A DNA stretch of 64,000 nucleotides from Carpediemonas membranifera BICM (Eukaryota; Protista; Fornicata): NCBI GenBank assembly GCA_019828565.1, contig JAHDYR010000038.1, positions 822,735 to 886,734 of the forward strand, written 5' to 3'. The notes beneath the pieces were generated by a model that saw only the letters and a list, made by a program, of their open reading frames with translations, was not told the origin of the DNA and searched no databases. How positions within the stretch are numbered: the first letter of the stretch is position 1; each line of letters starts with the position of its first letter. The translations under genes were made by a program, and so were the position numbers. Below, one piece after another: positions 1-11,689 of this stretch.

Positions 1-483
1 CTTGCAGTGCTTGGACCGTGCTGGCTTCGTCCGTTTGCATGTAGAGCATTCGCGGTCGTGGTACAGCTGGTTATCGGCAGGGAACTGGGACAGGAGGCGC
101 TGCTCGTCCTTGCTCAGCCGGTCTGTGTAGCCGGGATCCGAGCAGACGAGGATGAGGAAGAGTGCGAGGGACGCAGCGTACCCCATGGTACACAGGGGCC
201 GGTTCCAGGCAGCGTACCGGGGCGGGCTGAGGTCATTGACCGTGGGGATCGTCTCTGGCCCAAAGCTACGGATGTGTGGTGGTTGTTCTACGAGGTATAT
301 GCGGTCACCTTGGAATAGGGGCGCTTTCCAGGGCCGGAAGAAAAGGAAGTATGCCGTTACACAAGATGCGAGCCAAAGGAAGAGATACACGGCCACCATG
401 ACAAAATTCGGTCGCTTAACCAGGAATATATACAGATTACGGACCAGCTTCTTCACTCCTCGTTCCGGTTTCGCCTCCGTCAT
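1..483 (-). CDS. DHHC-type palmitoyltransferase (5' part; runs off window start)
   Basis: Manual translation from ATG at 483: two hydrophobic segments, then SDPGY...FPADNQLY..ECSTCKRTKPARSKHCK, the start of a DHHC cysteine-rich domain. Confidence 0.85.
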   Translation of the reverse strand, partial: MTEAKPERGVKKLVRNLYIFLVKRPNFVMVAVYLFLWLASCVTAYFLFFRPWKAPLFQGDRIYLVEQPPHIRSFGPETIPTVNDLSPPRYAAWNRPLCTMGYAASLALFLILVCSDPGYTDRLSKDEQRLLSQFPADNQLYHDRECSTCKRTKPARSKHCK

Positions 484-586
484 TCTTGACATAAACTGCA
501 CCTAATCAGATCCCGATCTGGCGGTCGGGGCAATCACAGAATCACTCAGATGTCAACTCAGCCGTACAACTTTATTCACATGGCGC

Positions 587-3500
587 CTACTCCAGGCCGC
601 CCGCAGCCAAGGCCTGCTGCCTGAGGTCATCTTCGTGGCCGCTCTCGACGACGAGGCTCTCAAAGATGCCGCCCGCCTGGACCAGGTCCGCGGGGGTGCC
701 GAACTCAGCTACGGCGCCCTGGTCGAGCACGAGGATCCTGTCGGAGTCTATGACTGTGTTGAGTCTGTGGGCGACAGTCAGCACGGTCTTGTCCTTAAAC
801 TGCTCCCTTATCATGGTCTGTATGACGGTGTCCGTCTCCATGTCGACGCTGGCGGTGGCCTCGTCCAGGCATATGACCCTGGAGTTCCTGAGTACGGCCC
901 TGGCGATGCACAGCAGTTGTCTCTGGCCCTGGGAGAGGTTGGCGCCGCCCTCCCGGATGGGGTCTGCGAGTGTCGTGAAGACGTGCCTCATGCTGACGAG
1001 CTCCAGCTTCTCCCAGATCTCGTCGTCCGTGAACTCGTCGTAGGGGTCCAGATTGTACCGCAGCGTCGCGTTGAAGAGCACGGGGTCCTGCGGGATGATC
1101 GCCAGGGCGTGCCGGACGTCGTGGAGGCCGAGGTCCTGGATGCAGCGGTTGTCTACGGTGACAGAGGAACCCTCGTCGGCCTCGATGATCCTGAAGAGCA
1201 CGTTGAACAGCGTCGACTTGCCGCTCCCGGTACGCCCAACCACGCCGACCTTCTGGCCGTCTGCGATGATCAGGTCCGCGATGCTGAGCACGACGGGCAG
1301 CTCTGGTCGATACCGCACTTTAAGGTCCCTGAAGACGATGGAGCCCGTCTGCGGCCACTGGGAGGCCTTGAGCTCCTTGCTGACGCTGGACCTGAACGGC
1401 TTCTCCTGGGGCAGCTTGTACAGCTCCGTCATCCGCTCGATGGCGTTCATCTCAGCCTCCATCATGGACGTCTGCCGTATGAGCATGGCGAGCATGCTGG
1501 TGCTGTTCAGCGAGATGGTCAGTGCGAGTGAGAGGAACGCCGTGGAGATGAGGCCGGACGGGGCAATGACGATGGACGACACGCAGATGAGGAACACGAT
1601 GAGCCCGCCCAGCGTCTCGAGACGCACGCCCAGCCAGCGAGAGATCATGACGCTGTAGTAGTAGAAGCGCATGTTGGCGTCCGTACTGGCGGCGTTCTCC
1701 TTGATGTAGCGCTGCCCGACACCGAAGGCCCTGAGCGTGGGAAGCCCCGAGACAGCCTCCTCGAACTGGGCGAAGATCGGGGACCTGGATACGGAGATCA
1801 TCCGCTTGAGCTCCCTGGCGGTGGCCTGGTAGATGTGACGGATGAAGAGGTAGAACGCCATGACCGGCAGGAGCAGGGGGAGGAAGACGGGGTTGACGAC
1901 GACGATCGACAGCAGGTTGAATATCAGCCGCATGAGCAGCTGCATCATGCTCAGCAGGGTCGCCGGCAGGGTCGTGTCGACGCCCTCCAGGTCCTTGCTG
2001 AAGCGGTTGAGGATTCGGCCCGTGGGGGTCGTCTCGAAGTACGACATCGGGGCCTTGAGCATCCGCTTGAGGGCCTTGCGGTGGATCTGCCAGCCGGCCC
2101 GCACGGCCAGGAAGCTGATGGAGAAGTTCCTGAAGAGGTTGGCGAAGAGTGCGAAGACGCCTAGTGAGATGTAGAGGGCGAGGGCGGTGTTGCGGGTAAG
2201 GCCCCCGTCGGACCACCACGTCAGCACGAACGACGTCAGGGCAGTGGCGCCCTGGGCTACTACGAACATGGCGAGGATGGCGACGAGGCCCAGTGGCCCC
2301 CCCATCAGCACGAGGTAGCGGCCGTACAGGACGAGCGACACGGCGCCCTTGGCACGGGTCTCCTTGGTGATCGTCTTGCCCTTCTCTCCGCTGACCGAGA
2401 GCTGGATGGAGTCGAGGTCGGCCGCGTCGAGGTCACCGTCCGGCTCCGGCGTGGTGTCTCCGGACATCTGGAGTGATTCGGGCTCCAGCTCGTCCCCAGG
2501 CTTGCAGCAGTCGGCCGCGTACTTCCGCAGCTCTCCCTGAGCCTTGAGGTCGGCGACCCAACCCGTCCGGGCAACTGTGCCGTCCTCCAGGGCCACGAGG
2601 AAGTCAGCCCTGGTGAGGTACTGCACCTGATGGGTGACGAGGACGATGGTCTTGCCCTTGAGCATCGTGTCGAACGCACGGGCAAATAGAGACTTGGCGA
2701 CGTGGGCGTCAACGGCGGCGAGGGGGTCGTCGAATACGAAGATGTCGCGGTCCTGGAGGGAGTATAGAGCCCGGGCGATGGCCACGCGCTGCTTCTGCCC
2801 GCCAGAGAGGGTGATGCCCTTCTCGCCGATCTCGACGAGGTCGCCAGCCTCGAACTGCTTGAGATCGTCGACAAGGCACGAGGCCCACAGCACCTTGCGG
2901 TAGAGCGCCTCGTCGTAAGGCCGTCCGAAGATGATGTTGTCCCTGAGCGTCTTGTTAGCGATCCAGGCCGACTGCGTGGCGACCGCCATGGGCCCGGTCA
3001 CGGTGACCGTGGCGGGCTCCTCGGCGTCGGGCGACTCGATCAGCCGCATCTCCCCCAGCATAGCGGACAGCAGCGACGTCTTGCCGGCCCCGACGGCCCC
3101 GACGACCATGGTCAGCTTGCCCCGAGGGATGGCGAGGTCCACGTCGTGGAGGATGACCTTCGTCGCCTTAGGCACCATGGCCTCCTTGCGGGCCGCCCGC
3201 AGCTTGCGCCAGTGCAGCAGCCGCTTGGTGGGCGACATGCCGGCCGTGCTGATGTCCTGGAGGAGGGACCCGACCGCCACAGAGTCATCGGGGAGCTCGT
3301 ACGCGAAGTCGGGTTTTCCGGAAATCCGGATGGCATCGTCTGACTCCGGATCGACTGTGATATCCGTGCTGATTTCGGGGAGATTCAGGAAGTGCTCTAG
3401 GCGCTCAAAACTGACCTTAGTCGAAGACAGCATGGTGATCAGGGTCGGCAGGAAGGCGACGGGAAACTGGATCATCTGCAGCAGGTACAGCGCCGAGAAC

Positions 3501-4574
3501 GTCGTGCCCGTTGTCAGCTCGTTGCCGAGGATGGCAAACATGGCGAATGTGGCGATGGTGACTGCGAGTGGAGACGACCACACGCTGAACCAGTTGATGG
3601 CCTTGACGAAGGCGATCTGGAGGAGCATCTTGATCTCCTTGAGCCGGCGCTTGTTGATGGACGTCTCCTGCTTCATCTCAAACCCGAACAGCTTGATGAC
3701 CCGCATGCCAGTGAGCGTCTCGTTCGTCGCCTGCACGCGGGCGTCCATAAATGTGCTCAATGCCCTCCTCTGCTTGGTCAGGATGTTGGCGATGACGGAG
3801 TTCACAGGGAGCAAGCAGAACAGGATGGCCAGCCCAATCAGACCCGCCGGCCCGAGCTTGTACACCAGCATTCCAACGGCGACGGTGAGCTGGTACGGGG
3901 CGGACCATGCGATGTGGAGGAACGTCATCAGACGCTCAATGGACTGCGAGTCTGTGAACATAAGGTTCAGCATGCGGCCGGACGACGATTGGGTGCGGAT
4001 GGCGTCCGGCAGGCGGAGTGTCTTTCGGAAGACGGCGTGGCCTAGGGCCACCCTGCCCTGCATGCCCACTCGGGCCACCGTCCAGAAGTAGAGGCCGAGT
4101 GTGATTGCCTGGGTGATGTATACGAGCCACAGCCCGGTCGCTATGGCCATGCACTGGAGCACGAGCTTTGTTGTCCATGACTGCTCGGCCAGCTCGGCGA
4201 TGTAGTCCGTCCACAAGGGCAGTAGGAGGGCGGGGATGAAGTAGGCCGTGTCGTGGACGAGCTTGGGGAAGAAGGCGAGCAGCCAGGGCAGCATGAACGA
4301 CCGGGCGAGGGCGAGGGAGATGCTTTTCCTGCCCTTTTGAGAGTTCCAGGCCTTCTCGAACCTATCTGTCACATATTGGGCTTCGTATTTGTCCTGGAGC
4401 TTGAATGCATCGCTCTCTTGGAGTGGCTATGGTGAGTTGGGGTGGTAGGGCACGAACGTTCCTCCAGGCGCGGAATATCATCGGATCGACGTGCGCGAAC
4501 GTCAGAAAGCTGAATATATTGCGTATTGAAGGCTCTGGGTTTGGTCTAAGTCCGTTTGGTGGATCCTTGGCCAT
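587..4574 (-). CDS. ABCC/MRP-family ABC transporter (TMD-NBD)x2; intron 4427-4457
   Basis: Walker A GAVGAGKT and GRTGSGKS, signatures LSGGQKQR and LSQGQRQL. The 31-nt intron GTTCGT...CTCACCATAG joins MAKDPP...AWRN to PLQESDAF in frame. Confidence 0.95.
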
Positions 4575-4932
4575 TATTGGGAGTCTTCGCAACGATGATT
4601 CGAATCATGAGTGGCCGTGAGACCCGTTATAGAGGCCATGGAGCCCCAGCCCTCCCTGCTGTCGGACGCAGGTCCGCTGGGGGATGCGGTGGGCACGGTG
4701 TGATTGACTGTCACAAGGCCATCAAATAAGATCTACTGAGATTTGATTCCATCGAGAGGAGAGGGGGCGATGAGAGGGGCTGGGCTGAGACGCATGTCGG
4801 TGTGTCATAGCGTCCTGATGATGATGTGGTTTCCGGGATGATGTTTGGTCAACGATGGTCAAACATTTGCGGAGAACAACTTTCTCTCCAGCACACCAGC
4901 ACTACCTTCCCTGTAAATACAATTTAATGATT

Positions 4933-5889
4933 TCATTGACGCTTAAACACAGCCTGGAGAGCCTGCTTCTGGTCCGGCGTGACCGACTCAGGGAAAATCA
5001 CCGCGAACTCGAGGATGAGATCTCCCCTCATGCCGGGGCTCCGGGACACGGGCATTCCCTCGCCGGGGACGTGGTAGCGGTAGCCGGGCGGGATCACGGT
5101 CGTGACGGGGACCTTGAGCTGGCGGCCGTCGAGCGTCTCCACGGTGATCTTGCAGCCGCACAGCGCGTTGACGAGGGGCACGTCGAGGCGGTATACGAGG
5201 TCGTTCTTCTCCCTCTTGAACGTGGCGTGGGGCTTCTCGACGATCGTAAACACCATGTCCGCGGGCAGGATGCCGGGTCCTTCGTCGCCCTCGTTGGCAA
5301 AGGTGATCTTCGTGCCGGCCTTCCAGCCGGGCTTGACGTCGATCGTCAGGATGGTCTCCTCGTTGGTGAGGGCCGACCGGTTGGGGGTAAACCGCTTGCG
5401 GGTGATCTTGAAGCGCTTCTGGGTGCCGTGGAAGAGCTCTTCGAGGGTGCAGGGGAGGCTCTGCATGATGGGGGGCTGCTTCTCAGCCTGACGGGGCCGT
5501 CTGAACCCGCCACCGAAGCCGCCAAAGTTAAACGGATCAGGGCCTCCAAAACCACCCATACCGCCAAACCCGCTGTCATCTCCACCGAGCCCGCCGAAGA
5601 ACATGGAGAACAGGTCGCGGGGGTCTCGGAAATTCGCATTGAAGGGCTGGCCGGATGGCAAGTCGCTCTTCAGGCCCTCTTCGCCGTATTTGTCGTAAAT
5701 CTTCTTCTTCTCTGGGTCTGACAAGACCTGGTACGCCTCGGACACCTTCTTGAACATGTCTTCAGCTCCAGGCTCCTTGTTTCTGTCGGGATGGAATTTC
5801 GCAGCAAGCTTGCGGTATGCCTTCTTGATCTCGGACTCAGAAGCGTCCCTTCCGACTTCTAGGATGGAATAGTAGTCTGCACCGGCCAT
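4933..5889 (-). CDS. Hsp40/DnaJ class B chaperone (Sis1/DNAJB-like)
   Basis: J domain DYYSIL...HPD, G/F-rich linker, C-terminal domain KPGWKAGTKITF...PGEGMP. Confidence 0.95.
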   Translation of the reverse strand: MAGADYYSILEVGRDASESEIKKAYRKLAAKFHPDRNKEPGAEDMFKKVSEAYQVLSDPEKKKIYDKYGEEGLKSDLPSGQPFNANFRDPRDLFSMFFGGLGGDDSGFGGMGGFGGPDPFNFGGFGGGFRRPRQAEKQPPIMQSLPCTLEELFHGTQKRFKITRKRFTPNRSALTNEETILTIDVKPGWKAGTKITFANEGDEGPGILPADMVFTIVEKPHATFKREKNDLVYRLDVPLVNALCGCKITVETLDGRQLKVPVTTVIPPGYRYHVPGEGMPVSRSPGMRGDLILEFAVIFPESVTPDQKQALQAVFKRQ

Positions 5890-6099
5890 ATGTTCTTCGT
5901 TCGACAAACCGACGCCTCGTCTTGCATGAAAAAATAATGTCCCTTAAATATGCTGTCCTCGAGGTCGGCAAGGTGGTGAAACTCTTCCATCACGCTCACA
6001 AACAGTGTTATTCGCCTTTTCCACCCGATAGTCGACCCATCCGACGCCAGCGCCGTCACCAATCCGCCTGGTCAAACGAGTTTAATCATACACTCCTAG

Positions 6100-7726
6100 T
6101 CATACATTGTCCCCGGCCTCGGCGTTCTCCGTAGTCTTGGTCCCGTCGGAGTCGTATGCCTGGGACCTCTCCAGGGCCTCCAGCACCCTGCTACGGGCCT
6201 GGCACACGTCGGGCTTCCTTGCCGGGCTCCGTTCAACGCCCCCTGACCGCAGACCCGCGATCTCCTCGACAAGGGCGGTGACGTGGCCCTCGTGGACCCG
6301 GCGCTCTGACTCTATCCGCTTCCGCAGGCTCTGCTGGTCTTCGGTCAGGATTCTGACCTGCACCAGGGCTCCGGCCAGGTCGTTCTCGGCCTTCTCCGCG
6401 CGGCGGGTGACCTCTGCGACCTTATCTGCGGAGTCTGCAGCAATACGGTTGGCCCGACGGGTCTCGGCCTCGATCTGCTCCCGGGCATCGCCGTCGGCCT
6501 CCTGGTGCCGGGCGATCTCCTGCTTGGCCTCCTCCAACGCCTTGGTGACCTCCTCGATCTTACTACCGAGCTGTCCGGCCTTCGTGTCCGCCGCAGCAGA
6601 GGCATCCTCGAGTCGATGCCGCCAGGTGACGAGCTCGTCCTCCGCCCGCTCCCGCATCGTCGTCTCCCGCTCCAGCCGCTTCTCGAGCCCGGCTACGGTG
6701 TTCCTGAGGGTCATGAGCTGCGCGGTAGTGTCCGCCTTGTCCGTCTCAGCGCCCCGCCTGGTCGCCTCGAGCCTGCCCTCGAACTCATCCCGGGCCCTCT
6801 GCAGCGCCTGCTCCGCCTGCGCGGCCTTGTTCACGGCCTGGTCGCGCTCCTCCTGCAGCGCCATGGCGTCCTCCTCCAGGGCGTCGACCTGGCCCTGTGC
6901 CCTGGAGAGCGAGGCGAGCAGCTCGGCCTGGATCTCCTCGAGCTGGTCCGTGTACGAAGTTCGGTGTAGGCACTCCTTCCTGAAGCCCTCTATCTCCACC
7001 CTCAGCCTCGCGGCCTCGTCTACCGCGGCCTCCCGGTCGGTCATGTCCCGGCTGACCCGCTCCTCGAGGCCTGCGATCGTCTCGTGCAGGGCCTCGACCT
7101 GGCCCCTGCTGTCGCTGAGCTCGGCGTCGAACTCGGCCCGCATGGCCCCCATCCTCGTCTCGTACTCGCCCAGCGTGCTCTCCAGGACGGCCTCGACACC
7201 CTCTGCCCGACTGGCTGAATCCTCCTTGGCCTCCTCGCTGGCCGCCAAAGCCTCCTCCAGGGCCGTGATCTTGTCCTGTGCCCGCCCCAGCTCGACTCTG
7301 GTGCTCTCGAGCTCGGCGCGGAGCTGGGCTGTGTCGTCGTCGACCCCGCCGGAGTAAAGCTGCTCCATGATTTGGTTCATGTCCTCTGCCTCCTGGACGA
7401 GGCGGGCGTTCTCCTCGGTCAGCTTGGCGATCTTGGCTTCCTTCCGATCGAGCTCGCTCGTCTGACGAAGGCGCTGGGACTGAGTGAGACCTTGCGCCTG
7501 ACTCTTCTCTGCCATCTGTAGAAGGCGTTCAGAGAGATCTGCTTGCTGTTGAACCTTTTGGCACTTCAATTGCAGCTCTAGAACCTTCCTTTCGAGTGCT
7601 TCGTTCGCGTTTGTGAGCTTGTAATTCATATCGGTCAATCTAGGTGAGTGATGGGAGGCATACGAACTCTCTGACCTGCTTTGTGTAGGAAGCTTTCAAC
7701 GAAACAACGTGGGAAGGCAGATTCAT
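6100..7726 (-). CDS. Long coiled-coil protein; intron 7640-7667
   Basis: E/A/R-rich heptad-like ORF. A 28-nt intron GTTCGT...CTCACCTAG links ATG 7726 in frame. Confidence 0.75.
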
Positions 7727-7834
7727 GGCGACGAAGATCGTTAAAGCCGATCAAAAATTTCTGATTGGTCGCCCCCGCTGACCCAGTCCCACTCCATACC
7801 CCGCCCCCAAACCCTCTTTACCAATCTAAACTCC

Positions 7835-8390
7835 TCAGTCGTTTCCAGTGAGGGCCATGAGCCCGAATGCCCCGAACATCACGTACTTGAGCCAGGGATA
7901 GTCATTGAGCGCGATGGTCGCATAACCTAGCTTGGGGAAGTACCCGACGACCCGCCCGATGATCTGCTCGTCCGTGAGATACTCCATGCGCCGGTCAGTC
8001 CGCTGGTAGAGCAGCGTGTCCGCCTCGGGGTTGTTGTCGCCCTTGGTAAGGTACAGCGGCTCGCCGTCGTCTCTGTGTGAGTGCTGCGGGGGGTGCGTAC
8101 CCGTGGTGGATCTGATGGACCCGGTGGACGATGGGGATGGGTTGGCCGGGCAGTTTGTACACAACGATGTCCCCGATCTCGTAGGGGCGGTCATGTTGGT
8201 GCCATAGGAAGAGGAGGTCGCCACGCCAGAAGCCTGGCTCCATCGAGCCGGTCAGGACGACAACAATGGGGCTTTCCGTGTCGGTAACGACCTTCAACAT
8301 GGCCCAGAACATCAGGGCAGATGTTCCAATCATCAAGAGCTTCACTCCCGTGTTTCCGTAGTCCAAAGACTTCCGCACAAGGGATCCCAT
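7835..8390 (-). CDS. SEC11: Signal peptidase complex catalytic subunit (S26B); intron 8073-8100
   Basis: [33 protein letters not shown] motifs lie in two frames joined by a 28-nt intron GTACGC...CTCACACAG. Confidence 0.93.
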
Positions 8391-8516
8391 GGTTTCGTTC
8401 TTTGTTGTCGTGTCGCATTTATGTTCACCATAAATGGCGTGACGTGGCATGATTGAGGGTACCGACTCTTCCCTCGCACCCCGCCGCCCGTCCCCTTCCG
8501 TCCAGTGATCCCCACC

Positions 8517-9338
8517 CTAGAATCGACCCAGGTGGACCCGGACGTCCGCTGCCCACGACAGCTGGATGAGGAAGGGCGTGATGTCGTACAGGGCCGTGTC
8601 CGCCTGGTCGCCGTACCACGAGTCGACGAGCAGGCTGTTCTGCTCGAACCTCCGCGTGCAGTACTGGCTGTTGTCCAGCAGCACCACGTCCCGCATGGTC
8701 AGCCCGCCCCTGGCTAGCATGGTGATGTCCTTGGTCAGCCCCGATATGGAGTTCGTACACGACTCGCGGTACAGCCGTCGGGTCAGGACCCTGTGTACGT
8801 CGAGCTTGTCCAGGATCGGGTCCGCGTACTCGGCCTTGGACGCTGTGAACAGCACGAGTGTGTAGTGCCGGGCCATGTTGAAGAGGAAGTCGTCCAGCCC
8901 CGGCCTCTTCATGGCATAGACTGTCGTCGTAGTGCCCTCGTTCAGAACGTGAGAGACGATGTCTGCCTTCTTCTTATTCTCGTATGATCCCTGGATGAGC
9001 GTCTCGTCCAGGTCGAGCACCAGACACTTGCGGCCCGGGGGAAAGGGGAACAGCGGCTCCAGCTGGCCGAGGGAGTCGCGGGACTTCGACGTGCTGGTCG
9101 AAAGCTGCTTCGGTCTCGTAGTAAGGGAGCTGCTGGACGACTCTCCCGTGGACGTGTCCGGGTCAACAATTGGGGGGATGATTGGCGTGAGAACGAGCTG
9201 ATCCACGGGCATCGGCATGCATGCAGGCATCGGCGTTATATCGGTACTGTTATCATCCAGTACGCGATTCGAGATGTCTAGATCGTCCGATAAGTCCAGC
9301 ACGTCCAGATCATCGTCCTCTAAAAAGGTTCCGTCCAT
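8517..9338 (-). CDS. NIF/FCP1-SCP family small CTD phosphatase-like protein
   Basis: CLVLDLDETL (DxDxT), KRPGLDDFL, FTAS..YADPILDKLD, LLDN. Confidence 0.9.
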   Translation of the reverse strand: MDGTFLEDDDLDVLDLSDDLDISNRVLDDNSTDITPMPACMPMPVDQLVLTPIIPPIVDPDTSTGESSSSSLTTRPKQLSTSTSKSRDSLGQLEPLFPFPPGRKCLVLDLDETLIQGSYENKKKADIVSHVLNEGTTTTVYAMKRPGLDDFLFNMARHYTLVLFTASKAEYADPILDKLDVHRVLTRRLYRESCTNSISGLTKDITMLARGGLTMRDVVLLDNSQYCTRRFEQNSLLVDSWYGDQADTALYDITPFLIQLSWAADVRVHLGRF

Positions 9339-9389
9339 TGCTCCGGTCCCGGTTTATCGTATACATGGCCATATGTACCACTACGACAC

Positions 9390-11051
9390 TCAGCTCTGGT
9401 CGCACAGTCCTACCGACGCTGCCATCACCTCGTACGAGTCCCGGTCCCTGTTGGCCGACTCCCGCACCCGCACCAGTCCCAGCCGGCCCAGCTCGGCCAG
9501 GGACTCGTAAATTTGGTCCTGGGGCACGCCGTTCTCAGTCATGCGGGCTATGAGGGGCAGGGCAGTATCCCTGTCCTTGACCCCGCCCAGGGTGAGGCAA
9601 TGCCAGGCCGTGGCGACGCAGGGGAACTGACGGAAGCCGAGGACGCCGGGCACCTCGGACCTACGGCCGGCGGGGGCGTAGAGCTCGGCCACGACGCTCT
9701 CTGTGGGCAGCCCGTCGGTAACAGGCGGGGCGGGCAGGAGCAGCAGCCGGGCGACAGTGGTGGCATGCCGCAGGATGGGGGTCAGACACTCGGCAAGGTG
9801 CTTCCGGGAGGCGCGACCATCGGAATCGCCGCTGAGCACCGCCTCGACCTTGCTCTGCACTGTGTGAGGCAGGAGCAGCCGTGCGTCCTGGTAGAACTCG
9901 GCCACGGTCGCCCTGAGATCATCAACGGGGACCATGCCGGCAGACCCGGACACGAGTGCCCCCACGTCCCCTGCTGGGTCCGACAGGAGGTAGTAGAAGA
10001 TGTCTGGGGCGTCACACTTCTCCTTGAGGCGGGGGTAGGCTCTGAGGACGCCCGACACGACGGGTCTGAGTAGGCCGACCAGTCGGCCCGCGTTCCTCAG
10101 TCGGCCAACACTGGACTCGACCTCCGCCTTGGCACACGGGCACCCGGCCTGCAGACCCTGCCCGTGGTCACGGTCGGTATACGGGGCAGGCTCGGCGTCG
10201 AATGACGGCGGGGCCTGGAAGCTGAAGACGACGTCCAGGCGGCGGATCAGGCTGAAGGTAAGCAGACGGCGGAGCTTGCTGATGATGGGGGCGCCCTGCT
10301 CGTACAGCTTGACGAGCTCGGTGACCTGGCGGTGTGAGACCTTAGCGTATGGGCTCAGATTGGCCAAGAGATCGCCCAGGGCTGAGGAAGAAACGACTGG
10401 GGATGGTATGCAGCACTGGATGACCCAGCTCGGCCTCTGCTGTGTCCTGAGATGCTCTGGGACGACCGTGACCACTCTCAGCGGCAGGGTCTTGATGACA
10501 TCGTAGTAAAGCTCCAAGGACGCGACATGCGGGTCGACCACAACGACCACAGCGAGCGGGTCCATCCTACTAGCGGCATCCTGGTCGCTGAACCATGCCC
10601 CGGGCCGCACGGCCTGCCTGCCCTTGACGAGGGCGTGGAGGTGGGCGGGCGACTCGCACTGGCGGCCGTCGAGGCCGAGAGCGGTCGCCATGGTGCTGTA
10701 TACAGACTCCCTGGTGTACTGTGGCGAGAGTACGGCCGAGTGTGGCACGTGGCGGCGGGTGGCGTCGGCGAGGGCCTGGCAGTGAGCAGTGTGGAATGAC
10801 ATGCCGATGGAGGCCGATCGGGCCGGGAGATCAGTGGGTACTGCCTGCGCTGAGGTCATTGGGAGCAGCTTTGGGACAGACGTTGCCAGAGATGCGGCGA
10901 GCTCGATGATTTGGACTGAAATCAGCGATTCAACGGGAGCTACGACCTTATCTACCATTGAACCGATTGCACTCATGTGTTTCGCAAAGATGGCGTCATT
11001 AAACTTCCATTCAATGCTGCTGGCTCTCTTGAGCTCGGCGTCGAGGTCCAT
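9390..11051 (-). CDS. Hypothetical 553-aa protein, divergent ORC3-like (inactive AAA+ plus winged helix)
   Basis: Uninterrupted ORF with collinear by-eye resemblance to ORC3 motifs: LPARSASIGMS, GAWF, PLAVVVVVDP...DVI..LPL, FPCVATAW, SLAELGRLGLVR. Confidence 0.5.
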   Translation of the reverse strand: MDLDAELKRASSIEWKFNDAIFAKHMSAIGSMVDKVVAPVESLISVQIIELAASLATSVPKLLPMTSAQAVPTDLPARSASIGMSFHTAHCQALADATRRHVPHSAVLSPQYTRESVYSTMATALGLDGRQCESPAHLHALVKGRQAVRPGAWFSDQDAASRMDPLAVVVVVDPHVASLELYYDVIKTLPLRVVTVVPEHLRTQQRPSWVIQCCIPSPVVSSSALGDLLANLSPYAKVSHRQVTELVKLYEQGAPIISKLRRLLTFSLIRRLDVVFSFQAPPSFDAEPAPYTDRDHGQGLQAGCPCAKAEVESSVGRLRNAGRLVGLLRPVVSGVLRAYPRLKEKCDAPDIFYYLLSDPAGDVGALVSGSAGMVPVDDLRATVAEFYQDARLLLPHTVQSKVEAVLSGDSDGRASRKHLAECLTPILRHATTVARLLLLPAPPVTDGLPTESVVAELYAPAGRRSEVPGVLGFRQFPCVATAWHCLTLGGVKDRDTALPLIARMTENGVPQDQIYESLAELGRLGLVRVRESANRDRDSYEVMAASVGLCDQS

Positions 11052-11689
11052 TGCGACTCCACAACTCGGACGGCCGCCCAGTCGAGGGCTTTATACCGCT
11101 CATGATGTCTGTCCTGACCCCATGGCCTGGCCCCGACGCCCCCTTGGCCAGATGCCGGGATAGACTCGAAGCAAGTGGTCTGTGATGTCAAACCACTGAG
11201 CCAAAAGGGACCCGGTATTCAACGGGTCAACGCCTGCATACTCCCGCCGATCGCTATAAACGTCATGGTGGGCTGTCCTATTGGTTCTCCTCTACCAAGC
11301 TTGGGTCCCCGGCACGGGTCTGAATGCGTCAAGGAGGACCCTTCCCTGTCACAGGGTACCGATGGCTGTATCGTCTTGTGAAGTCATAGGACTTGGCCGC
11401 AGGGTTGACTTGGCCTGAGTCAAACTATGGCACTCTTCTGCCGGCTATGATACTGCCAGTCGGGGTCGACCAAAAGAATGAATCGCTATGTGTTTGACGC
11501 TGAGCTCGATCAAGACCCGGTTCCACCTGACAAACCATCAGCGAACCCCGTTGTGGCTCGGCCCGCGCCCTGACTCAGGGGCCATCCCTCACCCCCTATG
11601 ATCCTACGATGGCGAGGGATGACTGCATCGATACGATCTCGGGCTAAGGCTGTATTGAGCCAGCACTCAAAACTGATTTAACAAACAAC

